Source of the DNA: Thermoplasmata archaeon
GTDB lineage: Archaea > Thermoplasmatota > Thermoplasmata > Thermoplasmatales > GCA-001856825
Assembly (NCBI GenBank): GCA_021792255.1
Contig: JAJYUZ010000003.1
Span: 256,001 to 320,000, forward strand
Direction: 5' to 3'
Length of the DNA stretch: 64,000 bases
Positions 17,255-27,187 of the stretch are shown here, piece after piece. The notes beneath the pieces were generated by a model. That model had not been told where the DNA came from. It saw nothing but the letters and a program-made list of their open reading frames with translations, and did not search any database. A program made the translations under genes and the position numbers. Every line of letters starts with the position of its first letter. The stretch's first letter is position 1.

Positions 17255-17989
17255 ATGGAAATAGCATTTCCAGATGTGCCTGAATATCACTTCATCCTCA
17301 GGGGATTGTATTCTGACAAGTTCGCTTCTTATCCAAAATTTCAATGCGAAGCCCTTACAGAATTTGGAGATGAACTTACTGCTGATGTTGCCTTTGTCCC
17401 TGCACCGATTGCAATCCAAAACTCGCACAACTATCTCTTCTTGAGGGCTGGAAATATTTTTTCGTATTACTCTGGTCCGCAGATCCTGTCTGCACAGCCA
17501 GACGTCAAAGAACTCTTTGTAAGTAATGATGACTTTGTCTCCGAATACTACGCAAAAATCCTCCTGAATGACGTAACTGTGAGGAAGGGAGATGGTTTTC
17601 CTGCAATCATGGAACCTAGGATCGCAATGCTGAGGGGGCTGAGCGGGTACCCGAAAATTGACTTATACGGCAAATGGAAATCAGTCGCGAACAACCTCCC
17701 TTTCCCCCTCTATTCCGGATTAATAAAGAAGTCTATTAAGGACCTGAGGGGAATCGTGGAAGGCGCAGTAAATGCATCGATAAAATATGCACTTGACAAC
17801 TCTCCTGAGATCATCAAGGATATCGCAACCATGTACGGTATCGAAAACATCGAGATGCTCAAGAGGGTGATGTTTCAGTTCATCAACAAGAATACACTCT
17901 CGATCTCCGAAGATGAGATACAATCCCTGAAAGCCCTTAATCGTGAAATGGAGACCAGAGGTTACGCTGTTTCCAGCGTGATGTTTTGA
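17255..17989 (+). CDS. MqnA/MqnD-like (periplasmic-binding-fold) protein
   Basis: YSGPQI, DLYGKW..NLPFPL, SIKYA, FINK patterns resemble the MqnD family; divergent. Confidence 0.6.
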   Translation: MEIAFPDVPEYHFILRGLYSDKFASYPKFQCEALTEFGDELTADVAFVPAPIAIQNSHNYLFLRAGNIFSYYSGPQILSAQPDVKELFVSNDDFVSEYYAKILLNDVTVRKGDGFPAIMEPRIAMLRGLSGYPKIDLYGKWKSVANNLPFPLYSGLIKKSIKDLRGIVEGAVNASIKYALDNSPEIIKDIATMYGIENIEMLKRVMFQFINKNTLSISEDEIQSLKALNREMETRGYAVSSVMF

Positions 17990-18048
17990 GACTCTCAGGG
18001 TAGAGACAAAAACGTACCCTTTAATATCATTAAATTTCATGATGAACG

Positions 18049-18981
18049 ATGGAATATATCGAAGAAATTACGTCCCTTAAGGAGCAGATTTCATTCCGGG
18101 GGATGATAGATGTCCCGAGTGCAATAGACAATATCGTTATAGCGGGGATGGGGGGTTCAGGAATAGCCGGTAGGATCTTTAAGGAATTCTATACCAAGAA
18201 ACCAGTGACATTGGTCCGTTCATACGACATACCGGAGTTCGTCGGTCCGAAGACCCTATTTGTCGCAATTAGTTACTCCGGTAACACAGAAGAAACCCTA
18301 CTTGCTACCAAGAAAGCGAGAGAAAAAGGCGCCCAGATCACGGCAATTTCAACAGGAGGAAAACTCGCTGAACTTGTGAAGGACACCGTGATCGTTCCAG
18401 ACGGCTATCAACCGAGATCAGCGGTCGGTTACCTTACAATTCCTCTGCTAAGCGGTTTTGAACTGTTCAATGAGCCTGAGTTAGATGTCGCCAAAAAGTT
18501 GCTCATAAACTCGGATGTGAATGTGAATCCGTATAAGAAATTTGCAGATGAGATCTTTTCCGGGAGCAAGATCCCGGTGATATTTGGCACACCCGGATTC
18601 GATAGCGTTGCATACAGATGGAAAACTCAATTCAACGAGAACGCGAAAGTGCTCGCATACTCCACTTCATTCCCCGAACTGAATCACAATGACACTATGG
18701 CTCTTGAAAACACGTACAGGAAGGACGAATTCTACTTCTTCGTTCTGACTCACAAGCCATTGGAAAAGGAGATCGCTGACAGAATCAGGATCACTTCAAA
18801 ACTATGTAAGTTTGAAATGAAGGAAGTGGAAGGAGAGGGAACTTCGCTGTTTTCGAAAGTATTTACCCTGATACACAAGGGAGACTATATCTCGTATTTC
18901 CTTGCGCAGAAGAGAGGAGTTGACCCGAGGAACGTTGCAGTCATCGAGAATCTCAAGAATGAACTGAGAAAATCAAAATGA
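18049..18981 (+). CDS. Bifunctional phosphoglucose/phosphomannose isomerase
   Basis: GMGGSG, SYSGNTEET, RWKTQFNENAK, FPELNHN. Confidence 0.93.
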   Translation: MEYIEEITSLKEQISFRGMIDVPSAIDNIVIAGMGGSGIAGRIFKEFYTKKPVTLVRSYDIPEFVGPKTLFVAISYSGNTEETLLATKKAREKGAQITAISTGGKLAELVKDTVIVPDGYQPRSAVGYLTIPLLSGFELFNEPELDVAKKLLINSDVNVNPYKKFADEIFSGSKIPVIFGTPGFDSVAYRWKTQFNENAKVLAYSTSFPELNHNDTMALENTYRKDEFYFFVLTHKPLEKEIADRIRITSKLCKFEMKEVEGEGTSLFSKVFTLIHKGDYISYFLAQKRGVDPRNVAVIENLKNELRKSK

Positions 18982-19078
18982 CTTTTGTGCTGTGAAGCTA
19001 GAAGAGAATTCATTCGATATGCCGCCTAGGACTTAACATAATTATAAATATGTCTTGGATTTAAACCATGAAATCGAG

Positions 19079-19432
19079 ATGACGGTTATTAAAAGGGAAG
19101 AGCTGGTCACTGCCCTGAACGTCATATTCAAACCGTCAGGAATGAACCAAAAGGAAATTGAGGAACTGGCAGACTATGTACTTAGTTTCTTTGGATTTGA
19201 AGACACGCTGGTGGACAACATACTGTCACAGCAAGACAGGGATGTATTCTATACGTTAGAAGAGACGGGCATTCTATCGACCAGCAGCGAAGATATTACC
19301 CTCATGAAGGGGAAGACCTGGAGAATTCACTACTGGCACATCAACGATTTGAAGATCAAGAACATCCTCAGCACGAGAAAAGAGGGTGAAGAGAATATCT
19401 ACGACAAGATTTTCAGAGAAGAGCTCAAGTAA
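19079..19432 (+). CDS. Conserved Thermoplasmata DUF6015-like protein
   Basis: LADYVLSFFGFEDTLVDNIL..DRDVFYTLEETGIL..GKTWRIHYW. Family assignment is from recall. Confidence 0.75.
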   Translation: MTVIKREELVTALNVIFKPSGMNQKEIEELADYVLSFFGFEDTLVDNILSQQDRDVFYTLEETGILSTSSEDITLMKGKTWRIHYWHINDLKIKNILSTRKEGEENIYDKIFREELK

Positions 19433-19530
19433 GGAGCGCGTGTAAACCGGCAATCAAGTAGAGATTGTGTTCAGGAGAGACTCTTGCCGTTTGCTCAAGC
19501 TATTTATACGGATTTTCCCTTCTCAGATTA

Positions 19531-20880
19531 ATGGAAAACGAAGTACTCAACCTTCTTAGGAAAGGAAGGACAATGGTGCTCTCGACATATGGGGAGAGCC
19601 CCTGGTCTGCTAAGGTTTTCTATGCGCTCGAAGGTGGTCTTGTTTTCCTAGTGGAAAAGGGCAGCTTGACTCTCAGAAACATTCAGAAGAATGATAACAC
19701 TGTATTCACCATCGACTTTGATACTCCGGATGTCTTCGTCCAAGGGACGGGGAGAGTCACGATTATGGGCGAGCCCAAAGATTTCCATACGGAAAGGGGC
19801 ACTCTTCTTTACAAGGTCCCTGAAGATACTCTTTTCGTCAAGTCAGGACACGTCCTTTTGGCGAAACTTTCTCCCGACAATATCAGGTTTAGCGATTTCA
19901 GGGCACAGCCAAAAAAGACCGATGTGAAGTTCAAGCCTGAGGAATTCATTGAAAGGAAAACGTTCCGATACTGGAGAGCTCTTCGACCGTGGTCCTTCCA
20001 GCAGAGCGTGACCTCCCTCATATTTGGCGCGCTGCTAGCGTTTCAAGTCAGTTTTTCGTATCCCATCAATCTCTATCTTCTCGTACTCTCGGTTATCGCT
20101 TTAGTAATGGTACACGGAGCGTTCAACGCTTACAGCGACTATTTCGACTTTACACTAAAGACCGATAAACCTGAAGGAATGGGTTCTGCCGGAGCGAGGG
20201 TGCTGATAGATCGTTTAATCCCTACAAACAGATTCCTCTCCTTTACTACTGGAATCCTTGTTATAGGACTGGCACTTGGAATTTACCTAGTAGTCCTAAG
20301 ACCACAGATTCTTCCCTATGTAATAATCGGTGCGGTCGCTGGCCTGCTTTATGGCCTCCCCAAGTTCGGATGGAAGAGAATTGCGCTCGGGGACCTAGCC
20401 GTTTTCTTAGCCTTTGGGCCAGGAATATTCCTGGGATCCCTTGTTCTTCAAGGTGGTCAGGTGGGTATTCCCCAGCTTCTCATTTCTTTCTCCCTGGGGA
20501 TGATAATAGTTGCGATTCTTCATGGAAACAACTGGAGGGACATCAATGATGACAAGGAAGCGGGGATCAAAACCGTCGCTCTCTACCTTGGCGACAAGGG
20601 GTCCCTGATCTATTACGTCACTCTAATCTGGGTTTCCTACCCCTTGTTTGTTGTATCGGTAGTCCTTGAGCCAAGATTGTTCCCGATATTGGGTGCTCTT
20701 CTGACCATACCGTGGGCGATAAGGCTCACAAAAATAGCCAGAAACTCCAAGAACATGAAGAGAAACCTTCTGGACATGCTGACAGCGGGCTTCACTTCCC
20801 TCCACATTTACTTCTCTGTCGTATTCCTCACTGCATTCCTTGCAATCGTTTACTACTTCCCTTCGTTCCACTTGCCGTAG
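19531..20880 (+). CDS. Fusion: PNPOx-like flavin-binding domain + MenA/UbiA prenyltransferase
   Basis: N-terminus MVLST..PWSAKVFYA...VQGTG; C-terminus ALRPWSF, DYFDF..DK, GDLAVF, NNWRDINDD.AGIKT. Confidence 0.8.
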   Translation: MENEVLNLLRKGRTMVLSTYGESPWSAKVFYALEGGLVFLVEKGSLTLRNIQKNDNTVFTIDFDTPDVFVQGTGRVTIMGEPKDFHTERGTLLYKVPEDTLFVKSGHVLLAKLSPDNIRFSDFRAQPKKTDVKFKPEEFIERKTFRYWRALRPWSFQQSVTSLIFGALLAFQVSFSYPINLYLLVLSVIALVMVHGAFNAYSDYFDFTLKTDKPEGMGSAGARVLIDRLIPTNRFLSFTTGILVIGLALGIYLVVLRPQILPYVIIGAVAGLLYGLPKFGWKRIALGDLAVFLAFGPGIFLGSLVLQGGQVGIPQLLISFSLGMIIVAILHGNNWRDINDDKEAGIKTVALYLGDKGSLIYYVTLIWVSYPLFVVSVVLEPRLFPILGALLTIPWAIRLTKIARNSKNMKRNLLDMLTAGFTSLHIYFSVVFLTAFLAIVYYFPSFHLP

Positions 20881-20899
20881 TGCAGATTAAGGAAGGTGT

Positions 20900-21523
20900 T
20901 TAACTCTTTTTGGACTTTTGAACCAGAACTTCGGCGACCAAGTTGCTCAGCAGTTCTCTCATGAACTTGATTGCGTTCTCATCTGCGAACTCTCCTTTTT
21001 CGTTTATCTTCTTGTCTACGAAGTTGATTATCACTTCTGGTCTGTTTATGATCCTCGAATCCAAAAAAACGAATGACTGTCTAAGGTGATATTGTGCTCT
21101 GGATCCTCCCATCATACCGGTAGAGGAACTCATTATGGCCCCTATCTTCGTTGCAAACACGTTGTTCGGTACCGATGCCCAATCTATTACATTCTTCAAG
21201 AAGCCCGGCACTGAATAATTGTACTCCGGGGTAACAATTAGAAAACCATCCGACTCGAGGACGAGTTTCTTGAACTCGATTACCGATTTGTCCGGTTCTT
21301 TAACGTAATCCGAGTTGAATACTGGGATCGTGGAGATATCTGCGATTCGAAGGCTTGATCCACCAGGCATGAGGTCAGCTGCCTTCTCAAGTACCTTACG
21401 ACTGAACGATCCTTTTCTGAGGCTGCCTCCTATTCCGACGATCACTACTTCGTTTTCTGCGTTCATGTTAAAGAATTCAGAATTCATTATTAAATTTCTC
21501 CCATCTAGAGTTACAAATTTCAA
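20900..21523 (-). CDS. NADPH-dependent FMN reductase (ChrR-like)
   Basis: GSLRKGS, TPEYNYSVPGFLKN.IDW, GGSRAQYHLRQ. Confidence 0.9.
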   Translation of the reverse strand: MKFVTLDGRNLIMNSEFFNMNAENEVVIVGIGGSLRKGSFSRKVLEKAADLMPGGSSLRIADISTIPVFNSDYVKEPDKSVIEFKKLVLESDGFLIVTPEYNYSVPGFLKNVIDWASVPNNVFATKIGAIMSSSTGMMGGSRAQYHLRQSFVFLDSRIINRPEVIINFVDKKINEKGEFADENAIKFMRELLSNLVAEVLVQKSKKS

Positions 21524-21603
21524 AACACCTTCATCTGGAATGTCGCTCCTCTCGGTGATTCTTATTTGTCGCTTTTTTCCAAGCCAAAGTAATTAATTAA
21601 AGA

Positions 21604-22425
21604 TTGTTTGTGACAATTATGGAAGATGACTTCCCAAAAATCGATTATAGGGAAATTGGATCGACGGGAGAGAGAGTATCAATAATGGGGCTCGGGACAT
21701 ATGGCATAAGCAACTATGAAAAAGCTCAGGAGGCTTTTGTCTATGCAATCGAGAGAGGTGTGAATCTAATTGATACTGCTGAGATCTATAACACGGAGGA
21801 TTTTGTGGGAGAAGTAATAAAGAGAGTCGGAAGGGATAGGCTGTTCATAACGACAAAGGTGTCGCCAAAGAATCTGGTTTCTAAAGAGAGTACGCTCAGC
21901 GCTGCTAAGGGTTCCCTGAAAAGACTTGGAATAAAGGAAGTCGATCTGATTCTCATTCATTGGCCCAACGATAGCATGAGTATAAGTGACCAGGTCAAGA
22001 ATATTGAATCCGTGCTTACAGAGGGCCTGACTCGACATATAGGTGTGAGCAATTTCTCGGTCGAACAGATGGAAGAAGCAAGACATTCGACGAGGTCAGC
22101 AGAAATTGTCTGCAATCAGGTAAAATACAATATATCTGAGAAGGAAATCGAGAAGGACGTTCTTCCATATTGCGAGAAGAATCATATGACCGTTGTGGCT
22201 TACACCCCAATAAACAAGGGCAAGTTATCGAAAACTGGACAGGTAAAGGAGATAAGTAGGAAATCAGGAAAGACATCAATTCAAATAGCCTTGAATTTTC
22301 TGATGAGTCGATCAAACGTCATTCCGATACCGAAAACCGAAAGTCTGGATCACATGAAGGAAATAATTGGATCAATGGGATGGAAACTGACTCAAGAGGA
22401 AAGAAACGTTATCGAAGGAACATAG
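21604..22425 (+). CDS. Aldo/keto reductase
   Basis: GLGT, IDTAEIY, LIHWP, IGVSNFS, IPIPK. Confidence 0.92.
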   Translation: MFVTIMEDDFPKIDYREIGSTGERVSIMGLGTYGISNYEKAQEAFVYAIERGVNLIDTAEIYNTEDFVGEVIKRVGRDRLFITTKVSPKNLVSKESTLSAAKGSLKRLGIKEVDLILIHWPNDSMSISDQVKNIESVLTEGLTRHIGVSNFSVEQMEEARHSTRSAEIVCNQVKYNISEKEIEKDVLPYCEKNHMTVVAYTPINKGKLSKTGQVKEISRKSGKTSIQIALNFLMSRSNVIPIPKTESLDHMKEIIGSMGWKLTQEERNVIEGT

Positions 22426-22798
22426 CTGGAAATGACCGATCTACTGACAAATTCACACATTTTCACAGATTGCTTTCCATCAGGGACTTCATTGTATTGT
22501 CGGTGTAACTTGGGTCGGTAGAGAAAGTCTGATGCAATTATCTTACTCCGTTTAAAATAGTGTGAAGTACACCTCGCTGCGCACTTTAATTTTCAGCGTT
22601 TCAATAGTAAGGATTAGCTAAACTTCGTGAAGTCAAAGTAGCCCCTGACACCAACAGTGGAAGAATGATAAAGCAAAGAAGAAGAGTGTTTTAGAAACAT
22701 TGTAGAATTTTTAGATTTTGCTTTTGACCAGTTGCAATGACAGGTGGAGATTGTTCATAATTGTGGATGACTTCCCCATGATTTACCGCATCTTCATT

Positions 22799-23086
22799 TT
22801 ACTGTGAGATGAACAGGTAGAGAAGCAGGAATGCAACGAGGGATACTGCATTAATGCCGAGAAGTGGCAGTGCAACCCCTGAACCGTACCTGTATGAGAA
22901 TCCCACGCTGACGGAAACTACTAGCAAGGAGTATAGAAGCATGAGGGCAGAGAATAAAAAGAGCGTTCTGGTCACCCGAGCACGTGTTCTCCTATAAGTC
23001 CCGTGAGTCATCGCCACTATTAGCGCAAATAGCACAATCTCTGCCGCCCCTATGACTATATTCCCTATCCAGTAAACTCCTATCAC
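22799..23086 (-). CDS. Small 3-TM membrane protein
   Basis: Three hydrophobic helices with a basic loop YRRTRAR; abuts the regulator stop. Confidence 0.7.
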   Translation of the reverse strand: MIGVYWIGNIVIGAAEIVLFALIVAMTHGTYRRTRARVTRTLFLFSALMLLYSLLVVSVSVGFSYRYGSGVALPLLGINAVSLVAFLLLYLFISQ

Positions 23087-23419
23087 CTAAATGCCCCCTA
23101 TACTCTGTAGCGCACGAAAGGAAGCTTCGATGTACTCTTTCATTCCTTCAATTATGTAGAAGAGGGAGTTATACCTCCTGAAATCACCTTCAACAACATT
23201 ATTCTTTATTAGTACTGAAAGGTGGTGTTCTACCGTCCTGTAGTTAACGTTGAGCACGTTGCTCAGCTCGTTCTTATTCATGGGTCTTTCTCTAAGCATC
23301 AACACTATCCTGCTCCTCAATGCGCCACCCCTGGAGTAGAGGAAAAGATAATAGAAGAGTCTCCTGATCTCCTTGTCATCGATACTGAAATCGATATTAG
23401 ATCCTCCAGGGAATCGCAT
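23087..23419 (-). CDS. ArsR-like winged-helix regulator
   Basis: SRGG.LR.RI..L.ERPMN.NELS..L..NYRTVEHHL.VL. Confidence 0.85.
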   Translation of the reverse strand: MRFPGGSNIDFSIDDKEIRRLFYYLFLYSRGGALRSRIVLMLRERPMNKNELSNVLNVNYRTVEHHLSVLIKNNVVEGDFRRYNSLFYIIEGMKEYIEASFRALQSIGGI

Positions 23420-23471
23420 CGCATCACTCGCATGTTGAACTCCTTTATTAATATAAATTAGAAAAAAAAGT

Positions 23472-24977
23472 TTAAGAAAATGTACCTACCTGAGACAGCG
23501 GGCCGCTTTGTACGTTATCGAAGATCTCTGAGGCTATATAGAAGTTCCCTCCAATCATGACGAAGTGTATTGTATAGACAACGTCAATGTAAGAGAACTG
23601 TGAGAGGTTTGACGAACTCTGGACGACGAACTGGATGTCTGCAGTGACTGTCCCGCCTGTTATTACTCCTCCTGAGGAAGTTGCATTGAGTATTGGTGGC
23701 GCCTCGGAATAGAACCATACAGCATTCCATATTGAGAAGAACTTACTCCAGACGCTTCCTATATCGCTTGAATTTGTGTAGTTTCCTGAAAGTTTCCCCC
23801 CAATCCATTGAAGAGTTGAGTTGTTCAGATATTGGCTCATCGTAAGGGAAGCGTTCTCTATTGCTATGTCGTTCCAGTGTGCAAAGGCAGCATTGCCTAT
23901 TGCGTCGGACTGCAATGCCTCATAGCTCTTCGATGTGTAGGATATTGTGGAGGCAGATATTATACGCCACGTCTCCTTGACTATTTGAGGAGACCCGTTG
24001 ACAGTGTATTCAAGGGAATAGTTTGTAATTATATCGTTCACCTGTAGTGGAGTGGAATACGAAGTCAATACCCACTGCACTGTTGCGTTTACATAGTAGT
24101 TACTGCCCGATATTGATAACGAAGGTGGGGCCTCTGAATAGTACCAGACTGCCTGCCATAGATGTGAGAACTTCCCCCATACTGTGGGTATCTGGCTATA
24201 GTTGTACGTTCCCGAGAGGGGACCTCCTATCCATAACAGTGAGGCTCCGGAATAATACTGTTGCATTATGAGTGACACGTTCTCGATCGCAATGCTGTTC
24301 CAGTGTGAAAAGGAGTATCCCATCACGGCTTCCCTCTCGAGAGAAGTTACCTGTGAGGTCGGATAAGAGACTGTTCCGGATGCGACGATCTGCCACACTT
24401 CGTGAGAAATGTACCACGTTCCCCCGGTACTCTGATACTCAAGAGCATAGGAGATGTTCAAGAATTGCACCTGCAAGGGAGTTTTTACTGCAGTCAATAG
24501 GAACTGAACCTGTGCGCTGACGATGGACGTATTTCCTGATAAGGAGACGGTTGGAGGGGTTGGAGTATAGAACCAGACTGCTCCCCATATTCCGAAGAAT
24601 TTCGTCCAGACTAAGTCAATTGAGTTTATGCCACTGTAGTTTCCAGACAAAGGGCCTCCTATCCAAGTGAGTGTTGCGTTGTTCATGTATTGCCCATTCA
24701 TAAGCGAGACATTCTCTATCGAGATGGAGTCCCAGTGAGAGTAAGCATTTTCGAGGACAGATAGAGAAGTGGAATTGTTAACTTCCTGGCTCAGAGTTTT
24801 GCTATTTTTTGTGTATACGCTGAGTTCTTCGTTCAGCTGCGTTAAGTTTCTCTGTTCACCGCTAACCTTGTTTGTAAGTGTTGTGACTTTTGAGTTTGTC
24901 GAAGCATAGCCATACGCAAATCCTGCTGCGAGGACTACCAGTATCACTACTATTGCGATTGTCAAAGCCTTGTTCAT
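23472..24977 (-). CDS. Membrane-anchored glycoprotein with three tandem NTF2/SnoaL-like repeats
   Basis: N-terminal TM helix and coiled coil; three ~140-aa repeats HW(D/N)xIxIEN.SL...QY...WIGG.LSG.Y...W.KF...W.AVW(F/Y)Y. Confidence 0.8.
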   Translation of the reverse strand: MNKALTIAIVVILVVLAAGFAYGYASTNSKVTTLTNKVSGEQRNLTQLNEELSVYTKNSKTLSQEVNNSTSLSVLENAYSHWDSISIENVSLMNGQYMNNATLTWIGGPLSGNYSGINSIDLVWTKFFGIWGAVWFYTPTPPTVSLSGNTSIVSAQVQFLLTAVKTPLQVQFLNISYALEYQSTGGTWYISHEVWQIVASGTVSYPTSQVTSLEREAVMGYSFSHWNSIAIENVSLIMQQYYSGASLLWIGGPLSGTYNYSQIPTVWGKFSHLWQAVWYYSEAPPSLSISGSNYYVNATVQWVLTSYSTPLQVNDIITNYSLEYTVNGSPQIVKETWRIISASTISYTSKSYEALQSDAIGNAAFAHWNDIAIENASLTMSQYLNNSTLQWIGGKLSGNYTNSSDIGSVWSKFFSIWNAVWFYSEAPPILNATSSGGVITGGTVTADIQFVVQSSSNLSQFSYIDVVYTIHFVMIGGNFYIASEIFDNVQSGPLSQVGTFS

Positions 24978-25024
24978 GACTGTTTATCACAGCTTATGGC
25001 AAGAGTATTTTTCAAGATTATATG

Positions 25025-25042
25025 CAAATTGCATGCAATTTG
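25025..25042. promoter_or_regulatory. Perfect 18-bp palindrome, candidate operator
   Basis: CAAATTGCATGCAATTTG, 48-65 bp upstream of the 24977 start. Confidence 0.55.
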
Positions 25043-25599
25043 GGTACTGTATAGACCCGGTCACAATATATTCCTCAACCGTCATAGTTTCCTTTTACAG
25101 GGGCGCTGACTTTGGTTCACTATTAAGTGGAAGAGCTTCAATGTAAATCAAATAGGGAGGAGAAATTCGAATTTAAATGTCTGAGTGGGTATGGGAAACG
25201 ATAGGAGTGGAGATACATTTCTCTAGGCTTACGAAGGTAATTGAGGGAATCATAACAAAGTAGAAGAGGTGCTGAATACAGAAAACTTTGATGAGAAGAT
25301 ATGACCGTATTCCTCGTGGGGAATAATACAGTTGTAAACTGACCTGTTCAACGAATTAAATCACTTGTCACTCCTGCAGCCTACTGAAGCTTTGTATACC
25401 GCAATATCGATGACTAGTGGAGTTTGTACTGTTATATACGAGATTTCTACCTTGACGAGAAAAAATTGGCTGTATAAGTACTCTGATGTAGAATTTCATC
25501 AAATATCATGGGAGCCATCACAGATTTCCTAGTACCCTCCACAGATTCCTAGATACTTTATCTACTTGCCAAAGCCCTATATAGAATCAGGACATCCAC

Positions 25600-25771
25600 T
25601 GACTTGGAGAGTGAAGGGGGCATGTCTGATGAACCGCCTAATTGGCTTTTTCCGGTTTCAATATCCATACTCTCATCTTGGAACATTCCAAGCGAAAACA
25701 CTGCCGAGATGCTACAATGGTCTCGGGAATTTCACTGATTCACCGTGTTCAGATGATAGGAGTGACGATTA
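25600..25771 (+). promoter_or_regulatory. Long structured 5' leader of metal transporter (candidate riboswitch)
   Basis: TATA-like TATATAGA near 25578; several complementary segments before SD AGGAGTGA. Confidence 0.45.
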
Positions 25772-27172
25772 GTGTCTTCCTGGAAAAAGCATGTCTCAGT
25801 ACAACTTGGCCATGAAATGGAGGAGAAGATTAATTCCCTTCCTGCGGAAATTAGACTGAGAGCAGAGGACAGAATCCATATCAATCTGCACCGTCAAAGT
25901 CCTACGCTCATTTCCAGAATCGAGCTGTTCCTCATGCTCATCGGTCCTGGCATACTCGTTATGGTCGCAGACAATGATGCAGGGGGTGTGATCACTTATG
26001 CGCAAACTGGCTCTATATTTGGCTTAGGCTTCTTTATTCCCTTCATGGTGCTCATGCTCCCCGTTGCATTTTTCGTGCAGGAGATGACGGTAAGACTCGG
26101 AGCAGTGACGCACAGGGGTCACGCCGAAATGATATGGAAAAGGTACGGCAAATTCTGGGGTTCCTTCTCGCTGGGAGACTTAATCATAGCAAACTTTCTC
26201 ACGTTCATAACGGAATTCATCGGTATAACTATCGGTATGTCAGTGTTCGGCATTCCCCGTTTCGTCTCAGTTATAGTATTCGTATCGCTCGTTATAGCAA
26301 TACAACTCTTTCTCCGCTACTATACGTGGGAGAGAGTCTCACTCGTCATCGCAGCCTTCAATCTTGTCTTCATTCCCCTGCTGTTCTTTCTCCCTCATCC
26401 ATCCGTCAAGGACATTTTGGACAGTTTTGCAACATGGAGGATTAGCGGAGGGGTAAGCTCCCTTTTCATATACGTCCTTCTTGCAAATTTGGGTACTACT
26501 ATTGCACCCTGGATGCTTTTCTTCCAGCAGTCCGCCGTGGTTGACAAGGGCTTAACCAAGAAGGATATAAAGTTTGGACAGAGAGATACCCTCATCGGTT
26601 CAACTATCATGGTTGTTGTAGCAATCGCAATAATAATTCTCACAGGTACTACTGTCTATGGTTCAGATGCAAATGGAAGCTTGGGAATAACCGGCATCCT
26701 TCAGTTATTCGCCAAAAGAGTAGGATCATTCCCAATGGAGCTTTTCGCCGTTGGCCTTATTGAAGCTGGGTTCATAGCTGCCATTGCCATCTCGGCTAGT
26801 ACATCATGGGCAATCAGCGAGGCATTCGGCTGGAAAAGAAGCATAAATCTTCCAGCCAAGGACGGTGTGAAATTCTATCTCCCGAGTTTTATCGCCTTAG
26901 TCATCGCAGCTTCAGTCACACTTATACCAAACGCTCCCCTGGGCTATCTTAACCTCACGGTTCAGGTGATAGCAACAATATTCATGCCCGCTGCCATGCT
27001 GTTTCTCTTACTTCTCCTGAACGACAGGGGCGTAATGGGCAATATGGTAAACAAGAGATGGCAGAATGCGATAGGATTCACGATAATAGGATTCCTGATA
27101 ACGATGAACGGGCTGTATGGCCTTTCAGTTGCTACTCCTACAATATTCAATCACCTCGCAGGGGTGCTCTGA
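25772..27172 (+). CDS. NRAMP-related divalent metal transporter (DNDAGG, Mg2+-type subfamily)
   Basis: GPGILVMVADNDAGGVITYAQTG, QEMTVRLG, GTTIAPWMLFFQQS. Confidence 0.88.
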   Translation: MSSWKKHVSVQLGHEMEEKINSLPAEIRLRAEDRIHINLHRQSPTLISRIELFLMLIGPGILVMVADNDAGGVITYAQTGSIFGLGFFIPFMVLMLPVAFFVQEMTVRLGAVTHRGHAEMIWKRYGKFWGSFSLGDLIIANFLTFITEFIGITIGMSVFGIPRFVSVIVFVSLVIAIQLFLRYYTWERVSLVIAAFNLVFIPLLFFLPHPSVKDILDSFATWRISGGVSSLFIYVLLANLGTTIAPWMLFFQQSAVVDKGLTKKDIKFGQRDTLIGSTIMVVVAIAIIILTGTTVYGSDANGSLGITGILQLFAKRVGSFPMELFAVGLIEAGFIAAIAISASTSWAISEAFGWKRSINLPAKDGVKFYLPSFIALVIAASVTLIPNAPLGYLNLTVQVIATIFMPAAMLFLLLLLNDRGVMGNMVNKRWQNAIGFTIIGFLITMNGLYGLSVATPTIFNHLAGVL

Positions 27173-27187
27173 ATGGAGGCAAGTTAA

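Noticed and set aside
25600-25771. Known M-box, yybP-ykoY, fluoride or TPP riboswitch
   Set aside because: Conserved core sequences of these classes were not found by eye; retained only as an unclassified candidate.
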